From Polaromonas sp. (GTDB lineage: Bacteria > Pseudomonadota > Gammaproteobacteria > Burkholderiales > Burkholderiaceae_C): a DNA stretch of 64,000 bases. This document shows, piece by piece, positions 47,943-57,824 of this stretch (position 1 is the stretch's first letter; the number at the start of each line of letters is the position of its first letter). Location of the stretch: NCBI GenBank assembly GCA_041442125.1, contig JASDRC010000030.1:20173-84172 (forward strand), in the 5' to 3' direction. A model generated the notes under the pieces. The model was not told the origin of the DNA and did not search any database. It worked only from the letters and a program-made list of their open reading frames with translations. The translations under genes were made by a program, and so were the position numbers.

Positions 47943-48302
47943 TCAAGCCAAGGCGATATCAGCCATCAGTGCCGTCAGTTGAGGCGACTCACCCGCCGTT
48001 GGCAGCAACTCCAACAACACGCCGGGGTGGGCGCTGCGGATTTCTTCCATGATCAGTGGCAGGTCTTCTCGCGCATGTTTTCCGACGCCCAGAAAAAGCG
48101 GAAAGATCCGCACGTGCCGCACTCCAGCGACGATCAAATCGGCAGCGGCCTGGGGCAGGCTGGGCAAACACAGTTCTAAATAAGCGCAGCTGACTTGTGC
48201 GCTGGGGTCGCGTGACTGGATTTCTGCGGCGACGGCTTCAATCGGCAAGCGCCAAAGCGGGTCTCTGGAGCCGTGAGCAAATAAAATGATGGCAGGTTTC
48301 AT
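47943..48302 (-). CDS. cbiX: Sirohydrochlorin chelatase (CbiX/SirB, single domain)
   Basis: LFAHGSRDP, AYLELCLPSL, PLFLGVGKHAREDLP. Confidence 0.88.
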   Translation of the reverse strand: MKPAIILFAHGSRDPLWRLPIEAVAAEIQSRDPSAQVSCAYLELCLPSLPQAAADLIVAGVRHVRIFPLFLGVGKHAREDLPLIMEEIRSAHPGVLLELLPTAGESPQLTALMADIALA

Positions 48303-48327
48303 GGATGGGTATAGGGAGTGAATGGGT

Positions 48328-49473
48328 TCAACGTCGCAGCACCAGCCAGCCAAAAGCGCCCAGCGAAATGACGGTGTAAATGAGCCCCGGCACAGCTGCA
48401 GCCAGCCAAGGTTGCCAGTTTTGCAAGTTACCAATGTAACCAAAGACGTTGTTCAGCAGGAAAAAACTGATGCCAATCATGACGCCACCGAACACATAGG
48501 AGGTCACGCTGCCGGACCTGAAATGCAGGTAGGCAAAAGGCAGGGCTAGAAAGACCATGACCAAGCAGCTCAGCGGGTAAAACACCTTTTTCCAGAACTC
48601 GATTTCGTAGCGTTGCGCGGTCTGGCCGTTGGCTTTCAGGTGCTGCACGTAATTGAACAAGTCATAGGTGGCCATGCGGTCGGGCTTGAGCAAGGCGACC
48701 GAGACCATCTCGGCGCTGATGTCGGTTGGCCAGCGCATTTCAGCTTTGCGGCTGATGCTTACATTGGCTGATTCAACGGCTTGGTTGACACCGTCGGTGC
48801 TGGGTCGAATTTGAAAATCAGTGCGCGTGGTTGCTTTCAAAATCCAAGCGTCATTCTCACCAAACTGGGCTGATTCGGCTTCGGTCATTGACACCACCAG
48901 CCCCTTGTTGTCGAACTCAAAAATGCGGATGCCCTGCATCTCGTTGTTGGCGGTCAGTGCGCGCACGTTCACCACGGAGTTGCTGTAAGGCTGCTTTTCT
49001 TTGAGCCAGGCACCGGTTTGGCCGATGGTGATACGGCCTTGAAATTTGGCCTTCAGCAATTGCCCTGCACGGTCAGCCACCGGCGCGAGGTAGTCGCCCA
49101 CCGCAAAACTGATCACCACAAACACAGCGCCCAAGGAAAGCAGCAGCCGCAAGGCCTTCCACGGCCCCAGTCCGCTGGTGCGCAAGATGGTGAATTCGGA
49201 GCTTTGCGCCAGCCGAGCCATCACGAAAATAGTCCCAATCAGCACCGATATCGGCAGCAATTCGTAAATATGGTTTGGAATTTGCAGAGCCACATAGAGC
49301 AGGGCGTGACTCAACTGGTAAACCGTGTTGTCGCCGCCGACAGGGCTGCTTCTGCCGATGGCTGGCAACTCATCGACCAGGTCAAAAAATAAAAACAGCG
49401 ACAAAAATCCCAGCGTGACCAGGCAAATAGAAGTGATAACTTCGCGGTGAATCAGTTGGCGAACGGTTTTCAT
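48328..49473 (-). CDS. lptG: LPS export permease LptG
   Basis: YELLPISVLIG, SEFTILRTSG, WKKVFYPLSCLVM. ATG at 49473 overlaps the lptF stop. Confidence 0.93.
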   Translation of the reverse strand: MKTVRQLIHREVITSICLVTLGFLSLFLFFDLVDELPAIGRSSPVGGDNTVYQLSHALLYVALQIPNHIYELLPISVLIGTIFVMARLAQSSEFTILRTSGLGPWKALRLLLSLGAVFVVISFAVGDYLAPVADRAGQLLKAKFQGRITIGQTGAWLKEKQPYSNSVVNVRALTANNEMQGIRIFEFDNKGLVVSMTEAESAQFGENDAWILKATTRTDFQIRPSTDGVNQAVESANVSISRKAEMRWPTDISAEMVSVALLKPDRMATYDLFNYVQHLKANGQTAQRYEIEFWKKVFYPLSCLVMVFLALPFAYLHFRSGSVTSYVFGGVMIGISFFLLNNVFGYIGNLQNWQPWLAAAVPGLIYTVISLGAFGWLVLRR

Positions 49474-50591
49474 ACGCGCATCTCCGAACCCGTGGCGATG
49501 TTGCGTGGACGGCGCCGAAACAGATCGCCCAAGCGCCAGTTCATGTGTCGCTTGGCCAGCAGAACCGCGCTGACGGCAAAAACGCCGCCGTGCAACATGA
49601 CCAGCAAACCACTGAAACTGACGATGCCAAGCGAGACCCAGCCTTGGCCGAGGCTCATGACATTGGTGTAGACGATGAAGCTGAAAATCACAAAGATCAG
49701 GTTGCTGCTGCGCCCGGCGCGTGGGTTCACCGCCGCCAGCGCCAGCGCGATCACCACAAAATTGATGGCCGCGAAGGCCGCACCCAGACGCCACGCGAGC
49801 TCACCCAAATTTCTGGGCGTTGGCGACTTGATCAGATTGCGGGTGGAAATGCTGCTGAGTTGCCGCTCGCCTGGCCCGAGTGCGCTGCCACCGCCGGTGC
49901 TGACGCCGTACTCTTCAAAGTCGCTGATTTTCAGGGCTGAATTGCCGACGGCGTTTTCAAGGCGTTGACCGTTTTCAAGAATCAGCATTTGGGTGCCATT
50001 GACCACTTCGATCCGGCCTGAGCGGGCGGTGGTGACCGCGCTTTTGCCTTTGTCGGTCGAGGCGATGAAGATGTCGCTGCTGCCGGTCTGGCCAGCAGAG
50101 CTGCGGTCGATGAAGAAAACACGGTTGCCGCTGGCGGACTCTTGAAACTCGCCTGGGGCGATGCGGTCGATGTCGCCGCGTTGCTCGTAGCGTTCCCGCA
50201 TTTCGGCGGTCTGCTCGTTTGACCAGGGCCAAACGAACAACGCGGACAGGGTGATGATCAGCAGCACCGGCCAGGCAAAACGAAACAAGGGCCCCAGAAA
50301 CACGATCAAGCCGCGGCCGCTGGAGAACCACACCACCATCTCGCTGTCTTTGTACATGCGCGACAAGGTGCTGACCATCGCAATAAACAGCGACAAGGTC
50401 AGGATGATGGGCAGCCGGCCCAGTCCCGAGTAAGCCATGATCAGCAAAACGTCTTGGGGACTGACGGAACCGCCGGCGGCCTGACCCAGCGTTCGGATCA
50501 GGACAATGGTCATGATGATGGTGATCAGCACCACCAAGGTGGCACCGAAACTGCGCGCCAACTCTTTGCGCATCGAAGATTGGAATAACAT
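49470..50591 (-). CDS. lptF: LPS export permease LptF
   Basis: MLFQSSMRKELARSF, DSEMVVWFSSG, ELAWRL, NPRAGR. Confidence 0.93.
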   Translation of the reverse strand: MLFQSSMRKELARSFGATLVVLITIIMTIVLIRTLGQAAGGSVSPQDVLLIMAYSGLGRLPIILTLSLFIAMVSTLSRMYKDSEMVVWFSSGRGLIVFLGPLFRFAWPVLLIITLSALFVWPWSNEQTAEMRERYEQRGDIDRIAPGEFQESASGNRVFFIDRSSAGQTGSSDIFIASTDKGKSAVTTARSGRIEVVNGTQMLILENGQRLENAVGNSALKISDFEEYGVSTGGGSALGPGERQLSSISTRNLIKSPTPRNLGELAWRLGAAFAAINFVVIALALAAVNPRAGRSSNLIFVIFSFIVYTNVMSLGQGWVSLGIVSFSGLLVMLHGGVFAVSAVLLAKRHMNWRLGDLFRRRPRNIATGSEMRV

Positions 50592-50634
50592 GGAGCGACT
50601 ATCTGCTTTTTGCGTAACTGACCAGGCTTCAATT

Positions 50635-52164
50635 ATGGACTTCGAACTCAAGACATTGACACGCTCGCGTGTTTGTACCGAAAAATGTGACGCGCTGGTG
50701 GTCCTCGTGCCGCAGCAGGTGGCTGAAGGCGACGACACTTTGTCGCTGCTGATCGAGTCCGCAACGCAGAGCGGCGACTTCGATCGCAAGCCTGGCAAAC
50801 TGTTGCAGGCTTACCGGACAACGGGGATTGCCGCGACCCGCGTGCTGCTGGTGGGCGCCGGCGAGGGCAGTGCCAAAAACGTGCGCACGGCCGTCAATGC
50901 CGCCATGGCGGCGGTCAAAGGCAGCAATGCGCAGCGTGTGGTGCTGTGTTTGAGTTTGCTCAAAGATGCCGACGCAGCGCACATGCAGGCCGCTGTTGTC
51001 GCCAGCGCTGATGCTGCCTACAGCTACAGCGCCAGCAAATCCAAAGTGACCCCCGCCAAGCTGCAACGCACCGTCGTGGCAGTGGCTGACGCGAAAGCCG
51101 ACCAAGCCGGTTTTGACCAGGCGACTGGTTTGGTCAAAGGCATTGCCTTGGCCAAGGAGTGGGGTAACCGGCCAGCCAATTACGCGACGCCGGTCATGCT
51201 GGCTGGCGCGGCCAAAGAGCTGGCCAAGTTGCCGCGCATCAAGGTCGAGGTTTTGGGCCCCAAAGAGGTTGCGAAACTCGGCATGGGCTCCTTCATGGCC
51301 GTGGCGCGTGGCTCTGAAGAGCCCCTGCGCTTCATCGTGCTGCGTTATGACGGCGGCCTCAAAGCCGAGGCACCGGTGGTGCTGGTTGGCAAAGGCATCA
51401 CCTTTGACACCGGCGGTATTTCCATCAAGCCAGCCTCCGACATGGACGAAATGAAGTTCGACATGTGCGGCGCGGCGAGCGTACTCGGTGCCTTCCGGGC
51501 GCTGGGTGAGTTGCAGCCCAAATTGAATGTGATTGGCCTGATCCCAGCCTGCGAAAACATGCCCGATGGCAAAGCCATCAAGCCCGGTGACGTGGTCACC
51601 AGCATGAGCGGCCAGACGATTGAGGTGCTCAACACCGATGCCGAAGGCCGACTGGTCTTGTGCGACGCGCTGACCTATGCCGAGCGCTTCAAGCCGCGCG
51701 CCGTGGTCGACATCGCCACCCTGACGGGTGCCTGCGTGGTGGCCCTAGGTGCTGTGCGCAGCGGCTTGTTTGCAAGCGACGACGCACTGGCTCAATCGCT
51801 GCTGAATGCGGGTGAACGCTCACTCGACCTGTGCTGGCGCATGCCGTTGGACGAGGACTACGCCGACGGCCTGAAAAGCAATTTTGCCGATGTCGCTAAC
51901 ATTGCGGGGCGCGCTGGCGGCGCAGTCACTGCGGCCAAGTTTTTACACCGCTTCGCTGGCAAGTTTCCGTGGGCTCACCTTGACATTGCTGGAACCGCTT
52001 GGAAAAGCGGCGCGGCCAAAGGTTCGACCGGTCGCCCAGTTGCTTTGCTGGTGGCGTACTTGCTGGCGCAGGCGGCAGAAATTGCAAAAAGTCCGGTGCC
52101 TGCCAAAGTCAAAGTGGCGCTCAAAGCACCGGCTAAAACACGGGTCAAAGTCGTCAGCGTATGA
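50635..52164 (+). CDS. pepA: Leucyl aminopeptidase (M17)
   Basis: VGKGITFDTGG, MKFDMCGAA, NTDAEGRL, DIATLTGA, WAHLDIAG. Confidence 0.96.
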   Translation: MDFELKTLTRSRVCTEKCDALVVLVPQQVAEGDDTLSLLIESATQSGDFDRKPGKLLQAYRTTGIAATRVLLVGAGEGSAKNVRTAVNAAMAAVKGSNAQRVVLCLSLLKDADAAHMQAAVVASADAAYSYSASKSKVTPAKLQRTVVAVADAKADQAGFDQATGLVKGIALAKEWGNRPANYATPVMLAGAAKELAKLPRIKVEVLGPKEVAKLGMGSFMAVARGSEEPLRFIVLRYDGGLKAEAPVVLVGKGITFDTGGISIKPASDMDEMKFDMCGAASVLGAFRALGELQPKLNVIGLIPACENMPDGKAIKPGDVVTSMSGQTIEVLNTDAEGRLVLCDALTYAERFKPRAVVDIATLTGACVVALGAVRSGLFASDDALAQSLLNAGERSLDLCWRMPLDEDYADGLKSNFADVANIAGRAGGAVTAAKFLHRFAGKFPWAHLDIAGTAWKSGAAKGSTGRPVALLVAYLLAQAAEIAKSPVPAKVKVALKAPAKTRVKVVSV

Positions 52165-52610
52165 CTGAAGTGGAGTTTCACTTCAATGTCGGCGACAAAC
52201 TCGCCTACAGCTGTCGCCTGCTGCGCAAAGCGCGGGCTGGCGGCGCCAAGATCATGGTCACCGCCGAGCCCACCCTGCTGGCGCAGCTGGACCAAATGTT
52301 GTGGACTTTTTCAAGCACTGAGTTCTTGCCGCATTGCCGCAGCGAAGCCGACCCCGCCACGCTGGCGCTGACGCCGATTGTGCTGACACCGTCGCCGTCT
52401 GATCCGGCGCTAAAGGGCAGCCCGCACGCCGTGTTGGTCAATCTCGGCCAAGCCGTGCCGGAGGGCTTTGAGCGCTTTCAGCGCTTCATCGAGTTGGTGG
52501 CCAGCGCCGAAGACGATCGGCTGTCAGCCCGGCAGCGCTGGAAACACTACAAAGACCGCGGTTACGCCTTGAAAAGATACGACCTGAGCAGCCCCGCAGA
52601 GACCGCATGA
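52161..52610 (+). CDS. holC: DNA polymerase III chi subunit
   Basis: MTEVEFHFN, LDQMLWTF..FLPH, ARQRWKHYKDRGY. Follows pepA. Confidence 0.92.
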   Translation: MTEVEFHFNVGDKLAYSCRLLRKARAGGAKIMVTAEPTLLAQLDQMLWTFSSTEFLPHCRSEADPATLALTPIVLTPSPSDPALKGSPHAVLVNLGQAVPEGFERFQRFIELVASAEDDRLSARQRWKHYKDRGYALKRYDLSSPAETA

Positions 52611-53008
52611 ACGAGACCCCACGCACTGCTCCGCCGCATTTCGTGCCCACACTCACGGAAGTGGTCCGGTCTGATGCTGTTCCAGCGCAGGCGGCCATGC
52701 CGGCCGAGTTCGCCAGTCTGTTAGATGGTTGGCCCGTCGGCCCAAACACCTCACCGCCTACAGCGCACGTCCTGGCTGGTTCGCAAGTGGAGGGTCTGGC
52801 ACCGGCCATGGTTGAACGCATTCTTAAGCGCGTGGAACTCTCGCTGGCGAGCCGTTTGCGCGAGACCGTCGACGCGGTGGTGGAAGACCACATGCGTGCA
52901 TTGAAGGCCGCCTTGCGCATTCAGGTCAGTGCAGTGGTGATGGAGGCTGTCAATCAGGCTGTGCAGCAAGAAACAGAAACATCTCGGTCGGATTCGCCAA
53001 CGCGCTAA
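52607..53008 (+). CDS. Hypothetical protein downstream of holC
   Basis: Overlaps the holC stop. FVPTLTEVV motif and a predicted helical C-terminus. Confidence 0.7.
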   Translation: MNETPRTAPPHFVPTLTEVVRSDAVPAQAAMPAEFASLLDGWPVGPNTSPPTAHVLAGSQVEGLAPAMVERILKRVELSLASRLRETVDAVVEDHMRALKAALRIQVSAVVMEAVNQAVQQETETSRSDSPTR

Positions 53009-53090
53009 CGGCCCGAAAATTGCTGTATCTTTCGGTATCGGGGAAATTTTTCTTTTCAATGGTTTACATATCTTACAGATCGGGCTCAGT

Positions 53091-54224
53091 ATGAACTTAA
53101 AACTTAACTTGACCGCGGCCGCCGTCATGACGCTTTTCGCTGGATTCGCCGCTGCGCAACAGACGCAGGTCGTCAAGATAGGCCACGTTGCGCCCATGTC
53201 TGGTGGCCAAGCGCACTACGGCAAGGACAACGAAAACGGCGTTCGCATGGCCATTGAGGACCTCAATGCGCAGAACATCGTCATTGCCGGTAAAAAAATC
53301 AAGTTCGAAATCGTCGCTGAAGACGATGCCGCTGATCCAAAACAGGGCACAGCGGCCGCACAAAAACTGTGCGACTCGAAGGTCGCCGGCGTCGTTGGGC
53401 ATCTGAACTCCGGCACCACCATTCCGGCCGCCAAGATTTACAACGACTGCGGTATTCCGCATGTCACCGGCGCAGCCACCAATCCGAGCCTGACCAAGCC
53501 TGGCTACAAGACAACGTACCGCATCATTGCCAATGATGACGCACTGGGGGCCGGCTTGGCTTTTTATGCCGCTGACACGCTGAAGCTGAAAAAAATCGCC
53601 GTCATTGACGATCGCACCGCTTACGGCCAAGGCGTTGCAACCGTCTTCAAAAGGACGGCTTTGCAAAAAGGCATGCAAGTCGTTGACGAGCAGTTCACCA
53701 CCGACAAAGCCACCGACTTCATGGCCATCTTGACCGCCATCAAGTCGAAAGCGCCTGACGCCATTTTTTATGGCGGCATGGACCCACAAGGCGGCCCGAT
53801 GCTGCGCCAGATGCAACAACTCGGCATGAGCAACGTCAAGTTCTTCGGGGGTGACGGCATCTGCACCGTCGCGATTGCCAATCTGGCCGCCGGCGCCCAA
53901 ACCCTGAACAACGTGGTCTGCGCAGAAGGCGGTTCTTCGTTGGCCAAAATGCCAGGCGGTGACGCTTGGAAAAAGCGTTACGACGCCAAGTACCCGGGCC
54001 AATTCCAAATTTACAGCCCGTACACCTACGACGCGACGCTCGTCTTGGCAGACGCCATGAAACGCGCCAAGTCAACCGACCCCAAGGTCTACACCCCGGA
54101 GTTGATCAAGACCAACTTCAAAGGCGTGACCACCACCATCGCGTTTGAGCCGAACGGCGAGCTGAAGAATCCCGCCATTACCTTGTATGTCTACAAGGAC
54201 GGTAAAAAGACCGCTTTGAACTGA
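53091..54224 (+). CDS. Branched-chain amino acid ABC substrate-binding protein (LivK/LivJ family)
   Basis: KIGHVAPMSG, EDDAADPKQG, VGHLNSGTTIPA, YRIIANDD, IDDRTAYGQG. Confidence 0.93.
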   Translation: MNLKLNLTAAAVMTLFAGFAAAQQTQVVKIGHVAPMSGGQAHYGKDNENGVRMAIEDLNAQNIVIAGKKIKFEIVAEDDAADPKQGTAAAQKLCDSKVAGVVGHLNSGTTIPAAKIYNDCGIPHVTGAATNPSLTKPGYKTTYRIIANDDALGAGLAFYAADTLKLKKIAVIDDRTAYGQGVATVFKRTALQKGMQVVDEQFTTDKATDFMAILTAIKSKAPDAIFYGGMDPQGGPMLRQMQQLGMSNVKFFGGDGICTVAIANLAAGAQTLNNVVCAEGGSSLAKMPGGDAWKKRYDAKYPGQFQIYSPYTYDATLVLADAMKRAKSTDPKVYTPELIKTNFKGVTTTIAFEPNGELKNPAITLYVYKDGKKTALN

Positions 54225-54236
54225 GCTTTCAGTGTT

Positions 54237-54265
54237 AAAAAAAGCCACCGCCTGGTGGCTTTTTT
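54237..54265. terminator. Bidirectional rho-independent terminator
   Basis: A run, AAAGCCACC-GCCT-GGTGGCTTT, T run. Confidence 0.85.
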
Positions 54266-54314
54266 GTTCTATCAAGGGGATTGATTCACAGAGACGGCTG
54301 ATGCTTCTCAGATA

Positions 54315-55835
54315 ATGACTGCACCCATGACCTTGAATCTTGATTTCCTCAGCCTACCGTTGCTCGCTGCTTCCGCATTGATTTTCATCAGTGTGCTGGC
54401 TGGCGTCTTTTCGACACGGTTGGGATTTTCTTTTTTGCTGGCTTTTTTGTTAACCGGTATTTTCGCCGGTGTCGATGGCCCGGGTGGACTCGACTTCAGC
54501 GATTACCGCCTGAGCTTTTGGGTCGGTAATATTGCGCTCGTTATCATTTTGTTGGACGGTGGCTTGCGGACCCATTACCCGACCTTTCGTACGGGCTTGA
54601 AGCCGGCCTTGCTGCTGGCTTCTTTGGGGGTGATTTTGACGGCCGCCCTCACTGCGTTGGCTGCCGTTTACTTGCTTGATCTGAGCTGGACCAGCGCCTT
54701 TTTGCTCGGCGCTGTGGTCGGATCGACCGATGCAGCGGCGGTTTTTTCCTTGCTCAAGACTTCTGGTGTTCAAGTGAGTGAGCGTGTCTCTGCCACGCTA
54801 GAGATCGAGTCGGGTATGAATGACCCGATGGCCGTCTATTTGACCTTGACGCTGATCGGCTTGGCCACAGCCGCAGCCACGGGGACGGCTCACGACCTGA
54901 CCTTCACGCTGGTGGCCACATCCTTGGTTTTGCAATTTTTATGGGGTGGCTTGCTGGGTATTTTCACTGGCCGTGTCTTTGCGTTGTTGTTGCCGCGCTT
55001 GCCCAAAATCCAAGAGATCGGCTCTGTCATTGCGCTGTTACTGAGCATGGCCGGACTGGTGGTTTTTGCCTTCACGACGTGGACCGGTGGCTCGGGCTTT
55101 CTGGCCGTCTATTTGTTTGGCATTGCCTTGAACCGACGGGCGCCAGAGATCGTCAAGTCGGCCTTGTCGGCTCTTGACGGCTATGCCTGGTTGTCGCAGG
55201 CGCTGATGTTTGTGCTACTGGGTTTGTTGGTGACGCCGTCTGAAATCGCTGGAACCGTCTGGCCTGCGCTGGGCGTGGCTGTCGTCTTGATGTTCGTCGC
55301 GCGCCCCTTGGCGGTGGCTATCTGCTTGTTTCCATTGCGGTTTTCACGCAAAGAAGTCGCCTACATCTCGTGGGTCGGCTTGCGCGGCGCGGTCCCCATC
55401 GTGCTGGCCATTTTCCCGTTCATGGCCGACTTGCCCGATGCCCGTGTGATCTTCAACGTGGCGTTTGTGGTGGTCTTGGCCTCCTTGCTGTTTCAAGGCA
55501 GCACCATCGGCTGGTTTGCCCAGCGCATGGGGGTTTTATTGCCTGCCCATGACGACACCACCGCGGTCAGGGCCACCTTTGGTGACTTCACGCTGCAAGC
55601 CAATGTCAGCGTTGCCGACCTGTGCGACTTTTATGGTTTGAAAGCCCCAGCCGATGCCGACCTGTGCGTTGACCTTTGGCTGGCCAAACTCGTCAAGCGG
55701 CCGTTGGTTGTCGGCGACCGTGTGGCCCTCGACTACGCCGAACTCAGCGTGCGCAGCATGGCCGACGGCGAGGTCACCACAGTTGGTCTGAAGCTGCCGT
55801 TGGCGGCTGAAGAAGTGCAGGACGAGCCAAGCTGA
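54315..55835 (+). CDS. cvrA: K+/H+ antiporter (CvrA/NhaP2 family)
   Basis: ILLDGGLRT, GSTDAAAVF, LEIESGMNDPMA, WVGLRGAVPIVLA. Short CorC/HlyC-like tail. Confidence 0.88.
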   Translation: MTAPMTLNLDFLSLPLLAASALIFISVLAGVFSTRLGFSFLLAFLLTGIFAGVDGPGGLDFSDYRLSFWVGNIALVIILLDGGLRTHYPTFRTGLKPALLLASLGVILTAALTALAAVYLLDLSWTSAFLLGAVVGSTDAAAVFSLLKTSGVQVSERVSATLEIESGMNDPMAVYLTLTLIGLATAAATGTAHDLTFTLVATSLVLQFLWGGLLGIFTGRVFALLLPRLPKIQEIGSVIALLLSMAGLVVFAFTTWTGGSGFLAVYLFGIALNRRAPEIVKSALSALDGYAWLSQALMFVLLGLLVTPSEIAGTVWPALGVAVVLMFVARPLAVAICLFPLRFSRKEVAYISWVGLRGAVPIVLAIFPFMADLPDARVIFNVAFVVVLASLLFQGSTIGWFAQRMGVLLPAHDDTTAVRATFGDFTLQANVSVADLCDFYGLKAPADADLCVDLWLAKLVKRPLVVGDRVALDYAELSVRSMADGEVTTVGLKLPLAAEEVQDEPS

Positions 55836-55899
55836 GCCTGTTGCGTCATTTCAGGGGAATGGCCTGCGGACAAATGAGCGCGACATGCGCGCAAATTGG

Positions 55900-56331
55900 T
55901 CAGGTCTTGGTTTGCGCGTTTTCAATCGCGGCTTGAGCGACATTGCTGGCTTGCGCCGCGGCCTTGCTTTGAAGGACCATGCCCAACAGCCTGGCGCCGT
56001 GCTCGACGGCAATCGAGCCATACGACACATCGCCATTGATCATCGAGTCTTTGTGAAATTCAACACGCTCAGCGGCATAAATATTGCCTTTGACTTTGCC
56101 CGCGACCAAGATACGGTGCGCATGAATGTCACCGGTCACCTCGCCGGTAGGACCAATCGCCACCGAGATTTTGTTGCCTGGGGCAGTCTCGATATTGCCA
56201 AATACTTTGCCATCGATTCGGACGCTGTCTAGCAACACCAAGCGACCAAAGACGGTGGTCGTGCGACCGACCAAGGTGTCAAACCTTTCTTGCGATGCTG
56301 TGAAAGATTTGTTTTTCAGTTTTTCAAACAT
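55900..56331 (-). CDS. Bactofilin (polymer-forming cytoskeletal protein)
   Basis: DTLVGRTTTVFGRL, VRIDGKVFGNI, IGPTGEVTGDI, VAGKVKGNI, INGDVSYGSIAVEHGARLLG. Confidence 0.9.
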   Translation of the reverse strand: MFEKLKNKSFTASQERFDTLVGRTTTVFGRLVLLDSVRIDGKVFGNIETAPGNKISVAIGPTGEVTGDIHAHRILVAGKVKGNIYAAERVEFHKDSMINGDVSYGSIAVEHGARLLGMVLQSKAAAQASNVAQAAIENAQTKT

Positions 56332-56379
56332 GGCAGGCGGCTCAGGTGAGGCATAAGTTGGACATTGGACTGCGGCTCT

Positions 56380-57321
56380 TCAGCGGGCTTGAGCCAGCAT
56401 GACTTGCCGAGGATTCAACACCTTGCCGTGGTGAAAAATTTCGTAATGCAGATGCGGCCCTGTGGAGCGACCGGTGCTGCCCACGTCCCCAATCAACATC
56501 CCACGGTCGATGCGCATGTCTTCAGTGACGTGACGTTTGCTCAAATGGGCATAGCGAGTCAGAAAGTTTTCGGCATGTTTGATTTCAATCACGTTGCCAT
56601 ACCCCTCGTCCCAGCCTGAGCGGACGACCACACCCGGTCCTGCTGCCAGCACGGATGTTCCCGCCTCTGCGGCAAAATCAATGCCCTGGTGCATGGCCAA
56701 AGCCTTGGTGAAGGGGTCGTTGCGGAGACCATATTCGCTGGAGAATCGAAATTCAGACTGAACCGGCGCAGCAATCGGCAAGGTCTCTAGCCAGGCCAAG
56801 CGATTGGCCCATTGCTCCTCGTACGCCACTAAAGACTGGCGAACACCCAGGGCGCGCTCCGACGTTAGGTCTATTTCCGTTTGCAGGGGTTGGCGGAAAA
56901 AGACACCTTGTAGATACTGTTGCAACTGTGGCGCTACAAACGGGCCTCCTTGGGCGTCATCTTTGGCGTTGAAGCGACCTTTCAGAGCTGCGGGCGTTGC
57001 CAAGGCCATGAGCCGATTCTTCACGGCCTCTAATTTCTTAACCTCTTTGACGTTTTGATCGAGCACGCCTTTCAGTTGGTCCAGGCCATCGCGGTAAACC
57101 GCCTCTATGCGTTTTTGTTCAAGCTCGGAGGTCACGCCCCCCAAGCTTCGCGCCAAATTGGGGTTGTAGTCAATCGCGACGCGAAGACCGACCCAGTTCA
57201 AAACAAAACCCAACACAATCAAGCCTGTCGCCAATGCAAAGGCCGCACGAACAACATTGCGCGCAGTGATGGAAATTGTTTTAACCTGGCTGGTGGAACT
57301 GGAAAGCCACATGAGTTGCAT
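56380..57321 (-). CDS. Membrane-anchored M23 family peptidoglycan endopeptidase (start uncertain)
   Basis: TM helix, coiled coil, RNDPF, HQGIDF, TRYAHL, GSTGRSTGPHLHYE. Confidence 0.9.
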   Translation of the reverse strand: MQLMWLSSSTSQVKTISITARNVVRAAFALATGLIVLGFVLNWVGLRVAIDYNPNLARSLGGVTSELEQKRIEAVYRDGLDQLKGVLDQNVKEVKKLEAVKNRLMALATPAALKGRFNAKDDAQGGPFVAPQLQQYLQGVFFRQPLQTEIDLTSERALGVRQSLVAYEEQWANRLAWLETLPIAAPVQSEFRFSSEYGLRNDPFTKALAMHQGIDFAAEAGTSVLAAGPGVVVRSGWDEGYGNVIEIKHAENFLTRYAHLSKRHVTEDMRIDRGMLIGDVGSTGRSTGPHLHYEIFHHGKVLNPRQVMLAQAR

Positions 57322-57443
57322 AAAATTCAGACAAAAATTGCTACTTTTGAAACCCCCCATCCTAATGCAACTGGCAAGCCGCGATTCATAAAAAATGACA
57401 TTCGCACCCACGATGACGTATTGGTCAGCATGGTCGATTTTTG

Positions 57444-57824
57444 CTAAGTCTTGCTCGGCCACCAAATTGCCATTAGCCAGGCTCCACAGGCCATCCAAAG
57501 GAGGACGATCAAAGCCGCAACGAACTTACTGACTGGCCGGTCTTCGATTTCTGCGGCCTTCATACGGAACTCGTCCATCAGTTCAGATGAAATCATTTTG
57601 ACGCAAAAAAAGATGCCTAGTGGCACGATGATCAAGTCGTCCAAGTAGCCAATCACGGGGATGAAGTCAGGGATCAAGTCGATAGGCGACAGTGCGTAGG
57701 CCGTCACAGCAGCAGTAACCAACTTAGCATACCAAGGTGTCCTTGTATCCCTTGCAGCAATCCACAAAGCGAGCACATCTCTTTTTAAGATCTTGGCCCA
57801 CGCCCTCAATGTTTCAAATTTCAC
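57444..57824 (-). CDS. YkvA/DUF1232 family membrane protein
   Basis: RTPWYAK, YALSPIDLIPDFIPVIGYLDDLIIVP. Confidence 0.92.
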   Translation of the reverse strand: MKFETLRAWAKILKRDVLALWIAARDTRTPWYAKLVTAAVTAYALSPIDLIPDFIPVIGYLDDLIIVPLGIFFCVKMISSELMDEFRMKAAEIEDRPVSKFVAALIVLLWMACGAWLMAIWWPSKT

